Virus record (IMG/VR): IMGVR_UViG_3300042945_000290 | DNA from: a virus | Length of the DNA stretch: 41,528 bases | Strand: one strand, 5' to 3' | Shown here: positions 32,211-39,915 of the stretch, piece after piece | Position numbering within the stretch: position 1 is the first letter of the stretch | Layout of the letters: each line of letters starts with the position of its first letter | The notes under the pieces: generated by a model | Seen by the model: the letters and a program-made list of their open reading frames with translations, nothing else | What the model was told of the DNA's origin: nothing | Database searches by the model: none | Made by a program: the position numbers and the translations under genes

Positions 32211-32403
32211 CCAGCGTGGTATACCAAGCAATGAGTGTATCAACTGTGGGTCAAACATACAGGTTATTCGTGCCGTATTCAATAACTATGAATTGGTTAT
32301 GTGGTTTCTTGATTCCTTCTGCGCTGAATGTGGTTCTCCAATGACAGCACCTACCCCTGTGGACAATCCAGATTACAAGGAAGAAGACGATGACCTCTAT
32401 TGA
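32179..32403 (+). CDS. small zinc-ribbon protein (74 aa) between the two nuclease fragments
   Basis: CINCGS...CAECGS cysteine pairs and an acidic tail. GGAG lies 10 nt upstream. It overlaps both nuclease fragments. Confidence 0.45.
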   Translation: MSSTRSNLTIDQRGIPSNECINCGSNIQVIRAVFNNYELVMWFLDSFCAECGSPMTAPTPVDNPDYKEEDDDLY

Positions 32404-33061
32404 TTTGACACAGAAGTGGCTTGAGGTATTTAATGATGCCGTCAAGGAAGTCGAAGAGAAATCTGGTATTCCCTCGACAGAGTGGAAGACGGCTGGGCGT
32501 AAGACCACCTTGCGTCCAGACGGAGAAGATCTATCATTCTGGCAAAGTGATGGACTCAAGCAGGTTGAGGCGTATCATAAATGGTACGAATCATCTGGTT
32601 GGAAAATTGCTAAGATGCCTGATGGTCGTCCTGGAATTGAATGGGCTGCTGATGTTCACTTCGGGGGAACACCAGTTCGCTTTATTGTTGATGCGATCTA
32701 CCAAGTAGGGGAAGACTTGGTAATCGTTGATTACAAGACAGGTTCCAGGACACCATTCGGCATGATACAAGCAGGATTGTATGCATCTGGTATTGAAAAA
32801 GCTTTAGGTGTACGCCCCAAGTGGGGTGCATTCTTTATGACTAGACAAGGTACGCTTGACGATCTTATAGATCTGTCGCACCTAACAATAGAATATTTTG
32901 ATTATGTATTTGGTGCAATGAACCATTCGGTATTGAACGGATGGTTCCCACCATCCGTAGGTGATTCATGTCGTATGTGTTCCTTCCAAGATAAATGCCC
33001 AGCAATGGGTAGCGTAGATTTCCCACTGCAAATACCAACAACCAAGGGAAAGAAAGGATGA
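32390..33061 (+). CDS. Cas4/RecB-like PD-(D/E)XK exonuclease, C-terminal fragment (223 aa)
   Basis: It has its own AAGGAAG RBS. FIVDAIYQ...LVIVDYKTG (D...DxK), QAGLYA, and the C-terminal CRMCSFQDKC Fe-S cysteine triad are present. Confidence 0.75.
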   Translation: MTSIDLTQKWLEVFNDAVKEVEEKSGIPSTEWKTAGRKTTLRPDGEDLSFWQSDGLKQVEAYHKWYESSGWKIAKMPDGRPGIEWAADVHFGGTPVRFIVDAIYQVGEDLVIVDYKTGSRTPFGMIQAGLYASGIEKALGVRPKWGAFFMTRQGTLDDLIDLSHLTIEYFDYVFGAMNHSVLNGWFPPSVGDSCRMCSFQDKCPAMGSVDFPLQIPTTKGKKG

Positions 33062-33067
33062 ACATAG

Positions 33068-33517
33068 ATGACTGAATCTAAGTTCTCATATACAGGCAAG
33101 CTAAACAGCACAGACCTATTCACCGTCCGAGGTGATAGTGCTGAGGAGTTTGCTAACAACATGCAAGCAGCAGTAAATGCAATCAAGGCTGCAACAGAAC
33201 TACAGATCGCTTTAGGTGGTCGTGGTGGAATGACATCAATGGATAGGGCAGTACAAGCTTTAACCGATGGTGGATTAAATCCAACCGTAGTTAGTTCTGG
33301 TCCTACTTCTATTGAAGTAGTCAAAGATAAATATAATAATGAATGGACATATGGACATCCAGATGCACCAGATCTACCAGATGGTCGTGGCAAGTACGCC
33401 AAGAAGAAGGGCGTATCAAAGGCTGGTAAAGCATACGTAGGTTGGTTTGATCCTGCTAAAGGACCAAAGCCATTTACAGTAGGCGCAGTCGAAGCCGAAA
33501 CAATCTGGACTAAGTAA
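33068..33517 (+). CDS. hypothetical protein (149 aa)
   Basis: AAGGA RBS. Located in the replication module. Confidence 0.8.
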   Translation: MTESKFSYTGKLNSTDLFTVRGDSAEEFANNMQAAVNAIKAATELQIALGGRGGMTSMDRAVQALTDGGLNPTVVSSGPTSIEVVKDKYNNEWTYGHPDAPDLPDGRGKYAKKKGVSKAGKAYVGWFDPAKGPKPFTVGAVEAETIWTK

Positions 33518-33520
33518 TAA

Positions 33521-34354
33521 ATGCGTACCTTACTGCAGGTAGTAGGGGTCGAATCTCCAGCAGGGCATGCCCTACCTGAGATTCTCCCTCAACTCACTGG
33601 TAACCAAGTTGTATTCCGTCAGGCACAACTACACTTGGTAGCAGCACAACCAGGTGGTGGCAAAACCATGCTTGCTTTATGGTACGCAATTACATCCAAG
33701 ACCCCAGCATTATATTTTTCAGCAGACTCCGACTCACGGACGATTGCCCTTCGTGCAGGTGCGATCCTAATGGACAAGTCGGTAACTGATGTTGAAAGAA
33801 TGATGGACTCGGAAGCATCTGTCCTCCTAGAAGATGCACTGGCTGATGGTGCTGCACATGTTCGATTTAGTTTTGATCCCTCTCCTTCTTTGCAAGATAT
33901 TGAAGAAGAGATAGAAGCTTGGATTGAATTGCACGGTGCTCCACCCTCAGCAATTTATATTGATAACTTAATGAATGTCGCTGCAGTCAGTGACAATGAA
34001 TGGACAGCATTGCGTGATGCAATGTCTGCTTTTCATTACATGGCTAGAGAATATGAATCAGCATTCATAGTTCTACATCATGTGTCTGAGAACGAAAAGA
34101 TGTCTAAGCCTAACTATCCAGCACCACGAAAGGCTTTGATGGGTAAGGTGTCAGCCTTACCTGAATTAGTATTAAGTGTGGCATTAGATGCCATTGGTAA
34201 TGTATATCGAGTTGCAGTTGTAAAGAATCGCCATGGTAAGGCAGATCCAACTGCAGAAAATTATGTAACTTTATCTGTTGAACCAAGTCATATGAGTTTG
34301 TATAACTCACCTGCTGAATTACAAAGAGCAAGGACGCTTCGACAATGGCAGTAA
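33521..34354 (+). CDS. DnaB-like/RecA-fold replicative helicase-type ATPase (277 aa)
   Basis: Walker A AAQPGGGKT, Walker B AIYIDNL and FIVLHHVSEN. It lacks the DnaB N-terminal domain. Confidence 0.7.
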   Translation: MRTLLQVVGVESPAGHALPEILPQLTGNQVVFRQAQLHLVAAQPGGGKTMLALWYAITSKTPALYFSADSDSRTIALRAGAILMDKSVTDVERMMDSEASVLLEDALADGAAHVRFSFDPSPSLQDIEEEIEAWIELHGAPPSAIYIDNLMNVAAVSDNEWTALRDAMSAFHYMAREYESAFIVLHHVSENEKMSKPNYPAPRKALMGKVSALPELVLSVALDAIGNVYRVAVVKNRHGKADPTAENYVTLSVEPSHMSLYNSPAELQRARTLRQWQ

Positions 34355-34866
34355 TAGAATTAACTGAAGATGAGATCATGGGTGCTCTTAGGTTTATCCA
34401 CAGGGTGAGGGCAAATAAAAAGGAGTTCGATGTTACGGATCGTAAGTTTGATAAAAATAATTCCTCGTATTCCGTTAATCTTATGGGTAGGTTGGGTGAG
34501 GTGGCAGCTGCTCGGCTCCTTGGGGTACCGACGGATGAAACGATTACGCCTGGCGGTGATAACGGACACGACTTGCAGACAGTATTGGGTAAATCTATAC
34601 AGGTTAAGACGTCAACATTATCGCAATTAATATTTAATGCACCAGAATTATTTATATCTGATGTGGCTGTACTTGTAAAATTTTCTGGGGATAAACAACT
34701 TCCACATGTGGATAGTTTGTTTGATGTAATTGGTTGGACAACACGAGAAAACTTCCTTGCTAATCATTACTTACATGACTACGGTTATGGCACTCGGTTA
34801 GTAATGGATGCTAACCAACTACAACCGATAGAGGTACTCATCAATGAAATATCCAGACTTCACTAG
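34345..34866 (+). CDS. hypothetical protein (173 aa), possible PD-(D/E)XK-like fold
   Basis: The GEVAAARLLG...GGDNGHDL...IQVKTS pattern is weakly nuclease-like. Confidence 0.7.
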   Translation: MAVIELTEDEIMGALRFIHRVRANKKEFDVTDRKFDKNNSSYSVNLMGRLGEVAAARLLGVPTDETITPGGDNGHDLQTVLGKSIQVKTSTLSQLIFNAPELFISDVAVLVKFSGDKQLPHVDSLFDVIGWTTRENFLANHYLHDYGYGTRLVMDANQLQPIEVLINEISRLH

Positions 34867-35119
34867 TGCAACTTGCAGAGGAATTGGTTTAGAGTTTTTC
34901 TTTCAAGAGCACAACAATGCTACAAGTAGTGAAGAACGGAAAGCTAAATCAATATGTAAGGAGTGTCCAGTAATGCAAGCTTGTTTAGAATGGGGTCTTG
35001 CCCATGAGTCACATGGTATATGGGGTGGCACTTCTCCGAGAGAGAGAATGCAAATCAGAAAAAAACTTGGTATAGAAGTTAAACAAATATTGGTAAGTCA
35101 TTATGTCAACACCAAGTAA
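34844..35119 (+). CDS. whiB: WhiB-family transcription regulator (91 aa)
   Basis: Four Cys in C-x26-C-x2-C-x5-C spacing (CRG...CKECPVMQAC) and a GIWGG turn. Confidence 0.85.
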   Translation: MKYPDFTSATCRGIGLEFFFQEHNNATSSEERKAKSICKECPVMQACLEWGLAHESHGIWGGTSPRERMQIRKKLGIEVKQILVSHYVNTK

Positions 35120-35456
35120 ACGCAAAGGCTCGCAGTATGAGCGTGATGTATCCAAGTGGTTAGTTGCTAATGGTTTCCCTTGTGCTGAGCGGGCGTATGG
35201 TGCAGGTAGGCACGACGACGTCGGCGATATTGATGGCATAGATGGTGTTGTAGTAGAATGTAAGAATGAAAAGAAGATAGATTTGTCTGGGTATATGAAA
35301 GAGTTAGACAATGAAATGACTCATGCAGATGCCGAGACTGGAGTGGTACTAGTAAAGAAACGTGGCACAACAAATGTCTCAGAGTCGTATGCAGTAATGC
35401 CAGCGCAACTCTGGGTCGATCTGCTTAAACAGGCAGGTTACAATGGACATAGATAA
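35103..35456 (+). CDS. Holliday junction resolvase, Hjc/PD-(D/E)XK-type (117 aa)
   Basis: KGSQYERDVSKWLVANGFPCAERAYGAGRHDDVGDIDGIDGVVVECK fits the G-x-ExE...D...ExK resolvase pattern seen in actinophages. Confidence 0.65.
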   Translation: MSTPSKRKGSQYERDVSKWLVANGFPCAERAYGAGRHDDVGDIDGIDGVVVECKNEKKIDLSGYMKELDNEMTHADAETGVVLVKKRGTTNVSESYAVMPAQLWVDLLKQAGYNGHR

Positions 35457-35494
35457 CAAGGTGACAGTTAGTTATCAAATGAAAAGAGGTAACT

Positions 35495-35872
35495 ATGCGG
35501 TTGATTGCAATGACCGTAACAACGGTGATGCTTCTATTGATATCACCAGCAAGAGCGGACTCTCCGTTAATGACCTTGGAACATCGTATAGCTACACTGG
35601 ACAAGGAAGAGGCGTTGGAGTTGGCTCTAACTACAGTAACAACAGACAAGAAAGAAGCTGCTTGTGCGAAGAAGATTGCGTACAAGGAGAGCCGTTACAA
35701 CATCGACTCGTACAACAAATCGAGTGGAGCACGTGGAGTTTGGCAGTTACTCTGGGCAAAACCAGGTTGGTCAATACTCAAACAAACATCAGAAGCACAC
35801 AAGTATGTGCTTCATCGGTACGGAACTTGGTGCAAGGCGTTCGAGTTCCATCAAGAAAGGAATTGGTATTAA
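35495..35872 (+). CDS. Secreted lytic-transglycosylase (SLT)-like protein (125 aa)
   Basis: Signal peptide MRLIAMTVTTVMLLLISPARA, then AYKESRYNIDSYNKSSGARGVWQLL, matching the SLT pattern of a catalytic E-S followed by S-G-A-x-G-x-x-Q. AGAGG RBS. Confidence 0.65.
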   Translation: MRLIAMTVTTVMLLLISPARADSPLMTLEHRIATLDKEEALELALTTVTTDKKEAACAKKIAYKESRYNIDSYNKSSGARGVWQLLWAKPGWSILKQTSEAHKYVLHRYGTWCKAFEFHQERNWY

Positions 35873-36202
35873 ATGAATCAACCTGAATTTCTTGAAGCAG
35901 TGTTTAATCATTATGGTTTAACCTTGCCACAAGGGGAGAAGTCTATTCTCTGTCCAGTGCATGATGACTCTCGTAAATCTGCTTCAGTTAATTCAGAGAA
36001 GGGCGTCTGGGTATGTTATGCATGTCATGGCAGTGGCTCTGGTATACAGATAGTCATGGCTCGTGAGAACCTAACATACTCAGAAGCTCGCAAGTGGGCT
36101 GATACTCACATAGGAGCAGAGAAGAGTAAAGAGTTTGCCACGCCAGTGCGTGGCAGACGACGAACAAACGGACGGTGGACACCACCAAGATTGCGTAAGT
36201 GA
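35873..36202 (+). CDS. DnaG-type primase CHC2 zinc-finger domain protein (109 aa)
   Basis: CPVHDDSRKSASVNSEKGVWVCYACHGSGSGIQIV matches the CHC2 finger. Confidence 0.7.
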   Translation: MNQPEFLEAVFNHYGLTLPQGEKSILCPVHDDSRKSASVNSEKGVWVCYACHGSGSGIQIVMARENLTYSEARKWADTHIGAEKSKEFATPVRGRRRTNGRWTPPRLRK

Positions 36203-36735
36203 TGACAACTATAATTGGTATACAAAGAGCAGATCATTGTGTCATTGCTGCAGACTCACGCACTACCACTGAAAAGGGTAGACCTTATTCTCATCCGATC
36301 ATTACAAAGATTACCAAGCGTGGTAAGTATTTAATTGCTGGAGCTGGTACAACTATGCCATGCGATACGATTCAACATATTTGGAAACCGCCAGCACTAC
36401 CACCTTCTACTAAAGATCAATATCATTTTATGATTACAGATATAGTACCAAGCATGCGTGAGTCTTTAAAAGATAATGGTTGGGTGCCAGACGATAAGTC
36501 TGAAGATTATGAATTTTTATTTTTAATTGCGGTTAATGGAATTATCTATGAGATAGATGATACCTTCTCGGTATTTCTTCGTGACGATGGGGTATATGGG
36601 ATAGGATCTGGATCTTCATATGCAGTTGGAGCAATTCAACAAGGCGCAACATGGCGCAAGGCGTTGCAAATAGCAGCAAAGAATGATGTGTATACTGCAC
36701 CTCCATTCATAATGCACAGGCAGGAGAAGAAGTAA
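36202..36735 (+). CDS. HslV/proteasome-beta-like Ntn-hydrolase (peptidase T1 family, 177 aa)
   Basis: The ATG at 36202 gives M-TTIIGIQRADHCVIAADSRTT. Together with KYLIAGAGTT, GIGSGSSYAVGA and IAAKNDVYT, this is colinear with E. coli HslV ([51 protein letters not shown]). Confidence 0.75.
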   Translation: MTTIIGIQRADHCVIAADSRTTTEKGRPYSHPIITKITKRGKYLIAGAGTTMPCDTIQHIWKPPALPPSTKDQYHFMITDIVPSMRESLKDNGWVPDDKSEDYEFLFLIAVNGIIYEIDDTFSVFLRDDGVYGIGSGSSYAVGAIQQGATWRKALQIAAKNDVYTAPPFIMHRQEKK

Positions 36736-36941
36736 TGGGAAGACTGAGTGTATATACAGGGTTTAATCGCACCTATTGCTGGGGCTTGGGGTTTGAATAC
36801 CATACTATGGTGTCAGCCTATGAAGATCTGGATTCTCTTGACATCATTGAGTATGTAGATGCTCGTGTATTAAGAATAGATCTAGTAATATTTTATATTA
36901 ACTTTACTTTATGGGCGAAGCAGGAGTGGGATGAGAACTAA
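36735..36941 (+). CDS. hypothetical protein (68 aa)
   Basis: TAATG overlap with the HslV-like gene. Confidence 0.6.
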   Translation: MGRLSVYTGFNRTYCWGLGFEYHTMVSAYEDLDSLDIIEYVDARVLRIDLVIFYINFTLWAKQEWDEN

Positions 36942-37575
36942 TCCAAAGCTAATTGAACTCTGGACTAGAGCAGCAAAGCAATACCACGAGAGCCTTGCTG
37001 GTTCACCAGCAGAGGCTTATCTAAAAGAGCGTGGGATTCTTGATGGTGCTAGTAAGTTCATGCTTGGATATGTATCAGAGGTAGCACCTGGTCATGAGGA
37101 TAGACTTAAGAATCACCTGTCTATTCCATACATAACCGAGGCTGGCGTAGTTGGATTTAAGTTCCGCCGTATAGATGGTGGCGACCCTAAGTACATGATA
37201 CCTACTGGTCAGAAGCACCACCTATATAATGTTGATGCAATACTTAATGCCATTAACAAAGTACTAATAGTAGAAGGAGAAATAGATGCAATCAGTGCAA
37301 CACTTATTGGTCATCCTGCTGTCGCTGTTGCAGGAGTTAACGCTTGGAAGCCTCACTTTGCTCGTTGCTTTGATGGGATAGGTACAGTAGTAATCTGTAC
37401 CGATAATGATGCCAAAGAAGATGGCTCAAATCCTGGGCAAGAATTGGCTAGGAGATTACAAGATGCAATACCACAGGCTGTCCGTGTGTCGCTACCGCCT
37501 GACAGTGATGTTAATAGTATAATTTGTACCCAAGGAGCACAAGCATTGACTGACCTAGTCAATGCAATTAACTAA
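36931..37575 (+). CDS. DnaG-type primase catalytic/TOPRIM domain protein (214 aa)
   Basis: AYLKERGI...FMLGYV linker motif, VLIVEGEIDAIS (ExxD) and VVICTDNDAKEDGSNPG (DxD). AGGAG RBS. Confidence 0.75.
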   Translation: MRTNPKLIELWTRAAKQYHESLAGSPAEAYLKERGILDGASKFMLGYVSEVAPGHEDRLKNHLSIPYITEAGVVGFKFRRIDGGDPKYMIPTGQKHHLYNVDAILNAINKVLIVEGEIDAISATLIGHPAVAVAGVNAWKPHFARCFDGIGTVVICTDNDAKEDGSNPGQELARRLQDAIPQAVRVSLPPDSDVNSIICTQGAQALTDLVNAIN

Positions 37576-37912
37576 GAAAGGTGCTCCGTTGGCGACTGAA
37601 AAATCTGACCAGCTAATCCTCGAGTTCGAAGAGGATGCTCAAAAAATATATGATGAGTTGCTGGCAATCCTTGTAAAGAAACAAATAGATTATGGTCCAT
37701 TCAATATCTGGAATGCGCCTGGCGGTGCAACCAATGGGTTAATGGTTCGTATGTCAGACAAGTTGGAGCGATTAAAGAATCTGATATATAAGAATGTTAA
37801 ACCTAATAATGAATCTTTAGAAGATTCATTTGTTGATATTGCAAACTACGCAATCATTTCATTAATGGTACAGCGTGGAGTATGGGCTAAGTATGCCAAG
37901 AAATCGGAATAA
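37562..37912 (+). CDS. DUF1599-like all-alpha (MazG-related) protein (116 aa)
   Basis: KQIDYG...GLMVRMSDKLERLKNL...ESLEDSFVDIANYAII resembles the DUF1599 signature as I recall it. Confidence 0.45.
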   Translation: MQLTKKGAPLATEKSDQLILEFEEDAQKIYDELLAILVKKQIDYGPFNIWNAPGGATNGLMVRMSDKLERLKNLIYKNVKPNNESLEDSFVDIANYAIISLMVQRGVWAKYAKKSE

Positions 37913-38180
37913 GACTTACGAAGAACAGCGTATCTCTCGCATTAGAATGTATGGGATAAGCGTCGATGATTATAATCGTATGCTTGAAGAACAAAACCAT
38001 GGATGCTATATCTGTGGAAAGTCAACTACGAATCGTGCTCTTGATATTGATCATGACCACAAGACTGGCAAAGTGCGGGGTCTCCTGTGTTCGGTTCACA
38101 ATAGAGTGTTAGGTTTATTTGATGACGATCCTGAATTGCTACTAGCAGCCCATGCATACCTTACTAAAAACCATGACTGA
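37893..38180 (+). CDS. Endonuclease VII family (T4 gp49-like) nuclease (95 aa)
   Basis: QNHGCYICGK...LDIDHDHKTGKVRGLLCSVHNRVLGLF is the family signature. I chose the ATG at 37893. Confidence 0.8.
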   Translation: MPRNRNKTYEEQRISRIRMYGISVDDYNRMLEEQNHGCYICGKSTTNRALDIDHDHKTGKVRGLLCSVHNRVLGLFDDDPELLLAAHAYLTKNHD

Positions 38181-38811
38181 ACTAGACAGAAGTCACCCTA
38201 TATGGGATGAGGTTAATGAGATAACAACAAGCTTGGCTTGGAGTTTATCTAAGCGTTACCATAGATTTGTAGAACTTGATGACATAAGACAAGCCATGAA
38301 TGAGTATGCCTGGAAGCGTAAAGATAAAGTCGCTGAGTATTTAATTCGTGAAGATCCAATTGAAATCAAACAAGGATACAAAGCATTCTCTACCTTCATG
38401 CGTAGGGCAGGTGAGCGATACGCTCGCAAAGAGAAAGCTCGCACACTTGGTTATGAACTTGGTGATGAATACTTCTATCGCTTGGAACTAATTGAGAATC
38501 TAATTAAAGTTGCTGGCTCTGGTGAATCTTACTTGACCAATCAAGTATTTGACCCAGATGTTCATGGGGTTAAGGCTAAGAAGCCAGCCAATGAGGGTAA
38601 CAATTTAGCAGCAATGATTGCTGATGTTAGTAGAGCCATGACTAAACTAGATCCAAGAATGCAGGGCATTCTTACATCTAGATTTGTTAATGACATGCCA
38701 CTGGCAGACATAGCAGAGGCTTGGGATATCTCACCTCAGCGTGTTGAACAGTTGGTTGCTAAAGGAATAAAAGAAATTGCAGACAAACTCGGAGGGATGA
38801 CACCGTACTAA
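38173..38811 (+). CDS. Sigma-70 family (ECF-like) sigma factor (212 aa)
   Basis: C-terminal region-4 HTH LTSRFVNDMPLADIAEAWDISPQRVEQLVAKGIKEI. The start ATGACTGA overlaps the upstream stop. Confidence 0.6.
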   Translation: MTELDRSHPIWDEVNEITTSLAWSLSKRYHRFVELDDIRQAMNEYAWKRKDKVAEYLIREDPIEIKQGYKAFSTFMRRAGERYARKEKARTLGYELGDEYFYRLELIENLIKVAGSGESYLTNQVFDPDVHGVKAKKPANEGNNLAAMIADVSRAMTKLDPRMQGILTSRFVNDMPLADIAEAWDISPQRVEQLVAKGIKEIADKLGGMTPY

Positions 38812-38984
38812 TGCCAACATTTGATTTTAAATGCAACAACTGCGAATCAGTTGTTGAACTGATCGTCACTGACGATCCGTTTCCTAAGTGTGAGAGATGT
38901 GATATGACTCTTACTAAAGTATTTACGCCACCTGCTATTCATTTCAAAGGTGGGGGATGGGGTGGTGAACATGTCAAAAGCTAA
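38811..38984 (+). CDS. FmdB-family zinc-ribbon protein (57 aa, not in ORF track)
   Basis: MPTFDFKCNNCESVVELIV...FPKCERCDMTLTKVFTPPAIHFKGGGW matches the MPxYxYxCxxC...CPxC...FKGSG pattern. TAATG overlap. Confidence 0.7.
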   Translation: MPTFDFKCNNCESVVELIVTDDPFPKCERCDMTLTKVFTPPAIHFKGGGWGGEHVKS

Positions 38985-39720
38985 TAGTAGCCAATATCCT
39001 GATGGCAGAATCATGCTTGGTTGGTGTGACAACGGTAATGTTGATGGCAAGTTTACCGAAGGACTTGTGTACACAATTCTAACTAGCGGTATACCCATTG
39101 CTGGCGCAGCCAGAGTTCAAGGTAACCAGATCGGACGCCAGCGTGAGCAGTTGTTTGACATGTGGCACAAGAAGACAGACTTTGATTGGATGCTTTGGGT
39201 TGACTCAGACATTGTGCTTACCAATGAAAGCCTAAGAAAAGTTTGGGATTCAGTTCATGCTGAGGATAGACCCATAGTAAGTGGTACTTATTTTATTTCC
39301 AAGCAGATGGAAAGTTCGATCATGATGCCACATGCTTGTCTGTTCATGGCAGATGATGGAGATGACAAATACACAATGAGATGGATTCATCCTTTACCAA
39401 AGGATGAATTACTTAAGGTTGATTATGCTGGCTTCGGTTTCCTACTTATGCATCGATCAGTTGCCGATAAGATGAGAGCATTCCATGGAGATACTGCTTT
39501 GTTTATGGAATCTTCTGGTGCTGTTGGAGATAAAGATACATTCATTGGTGAGGACATCCAGTTCTTCATGAAGATGAAGGAGGCTGGGATTCCATTACAT
39601 GCACACACTGGCGCAACAGTTAAACATATGAAACGATTCTCATTTGATGAGGACTATTACAAGTTGTATTGGGTCACGCACATAGCTGCAGAGGCGCATG
39701 AAAAAAAGGCGGAGGCATAA
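38971..39720 (+). CDS. GT-A-type glycosyltransferase (249 aa)
   Basis: MLWVDSDIVL (DxD) and IVSGTYF. I chose the internal ATG at 38971. Confidence 0.6.
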   Translation: MSKANSSQYPDGRIMLGWCDNGNVDGKFTEGLVYTILTSGIPIAGAARVQGNQIGRQREQLFDMWHKKTDFDWMLWVDSDIVLTNESLRKVWDSVHAEDRPIVSGTYFISKQMESSIMMPHACLFMADDGDDKYTMRWIHPLPKDELLKVDYAGFGFLLMHRSVADKMRAFHGDTALFMESSGAVGDKDTFIGEDIQFFMKMKEAGIPLHAHTGATVKHMKRFSFDEDYYKLYWVTHIAAEAHEKKAEA

Positions 39721-39737
39721 GCCCCCGCCCCTTTTTT
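39708..39737. terminator. Bidirectional terminator between the convergent blocks
   Basis: A7, then GGCGGAGGC-ataa-GCCCCCGCC (9 bp, one mismatch), then CCTTTTTTATTTT. The stop codons of both convergent genes fall inside or adjacent to it. Confidence 0.75.
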
Positions 39738-39915
39738 ATTTTACGCTGTATTTCTTGCTGACTTCTGCAAAGAAGTCTCTTGTTTCTGTATTGCTTTTCA
39801 TGCATCTCTTGTACATATCAATGCCACCTCGTTGGTATCCATAGTGGCGACCAATCCAGTATGCAGTTACACCTGCAAGTAGTTGCATTAGCAAAGTGAA
39901 TCCATTGTAAAACAT
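39736..39915 (-). CDS. small membrane protein (59 aa, not in ORF track)
   Basis: Product: MFYNGFTLLMQLLAGVTAYWIGRHYGYQRGGIDMYKRCMKSNTETRDFFAEVSKKYSVK. TAATG overlap with the upstream gene. Confidence 0.5.
   Translation of the reverse strand: MFYNGFTLLMQLLAGVTAYWIGRHYGYQRGGIDMYKRCMKSNTETRDFFAEVSKKYSVK

Noticed and set aside
32019-33061. An intein or group I intron as the explanation for the split nuclease
   Set aside because: The two halves are in different frames with stops between them, which rules out an intein. The 180-nt gap looks too short for a typical group I intron, and it contains an ORF overlapping both halves. Splicing cannot be fully excluded without RNA data.
31899-33402. Minus-strand ORFs 31899..32282, 32251..32559 and 32902..33402, antisense to the nuclease region
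   Set aside because: They are on the wrong strand for the block and have no RBS. The plus-strand frames carry clear Cas4-family motifs.
35443-35886. The 147-aa ORF overlapping the SLT-like gene in another frame (also 35664..35876)
   Set aside because: It has no RBS and a low-complexity Asn/Ser/Arg-rich product. The 35495 frame has an SD, a signal peptide and a clear SLT motif.
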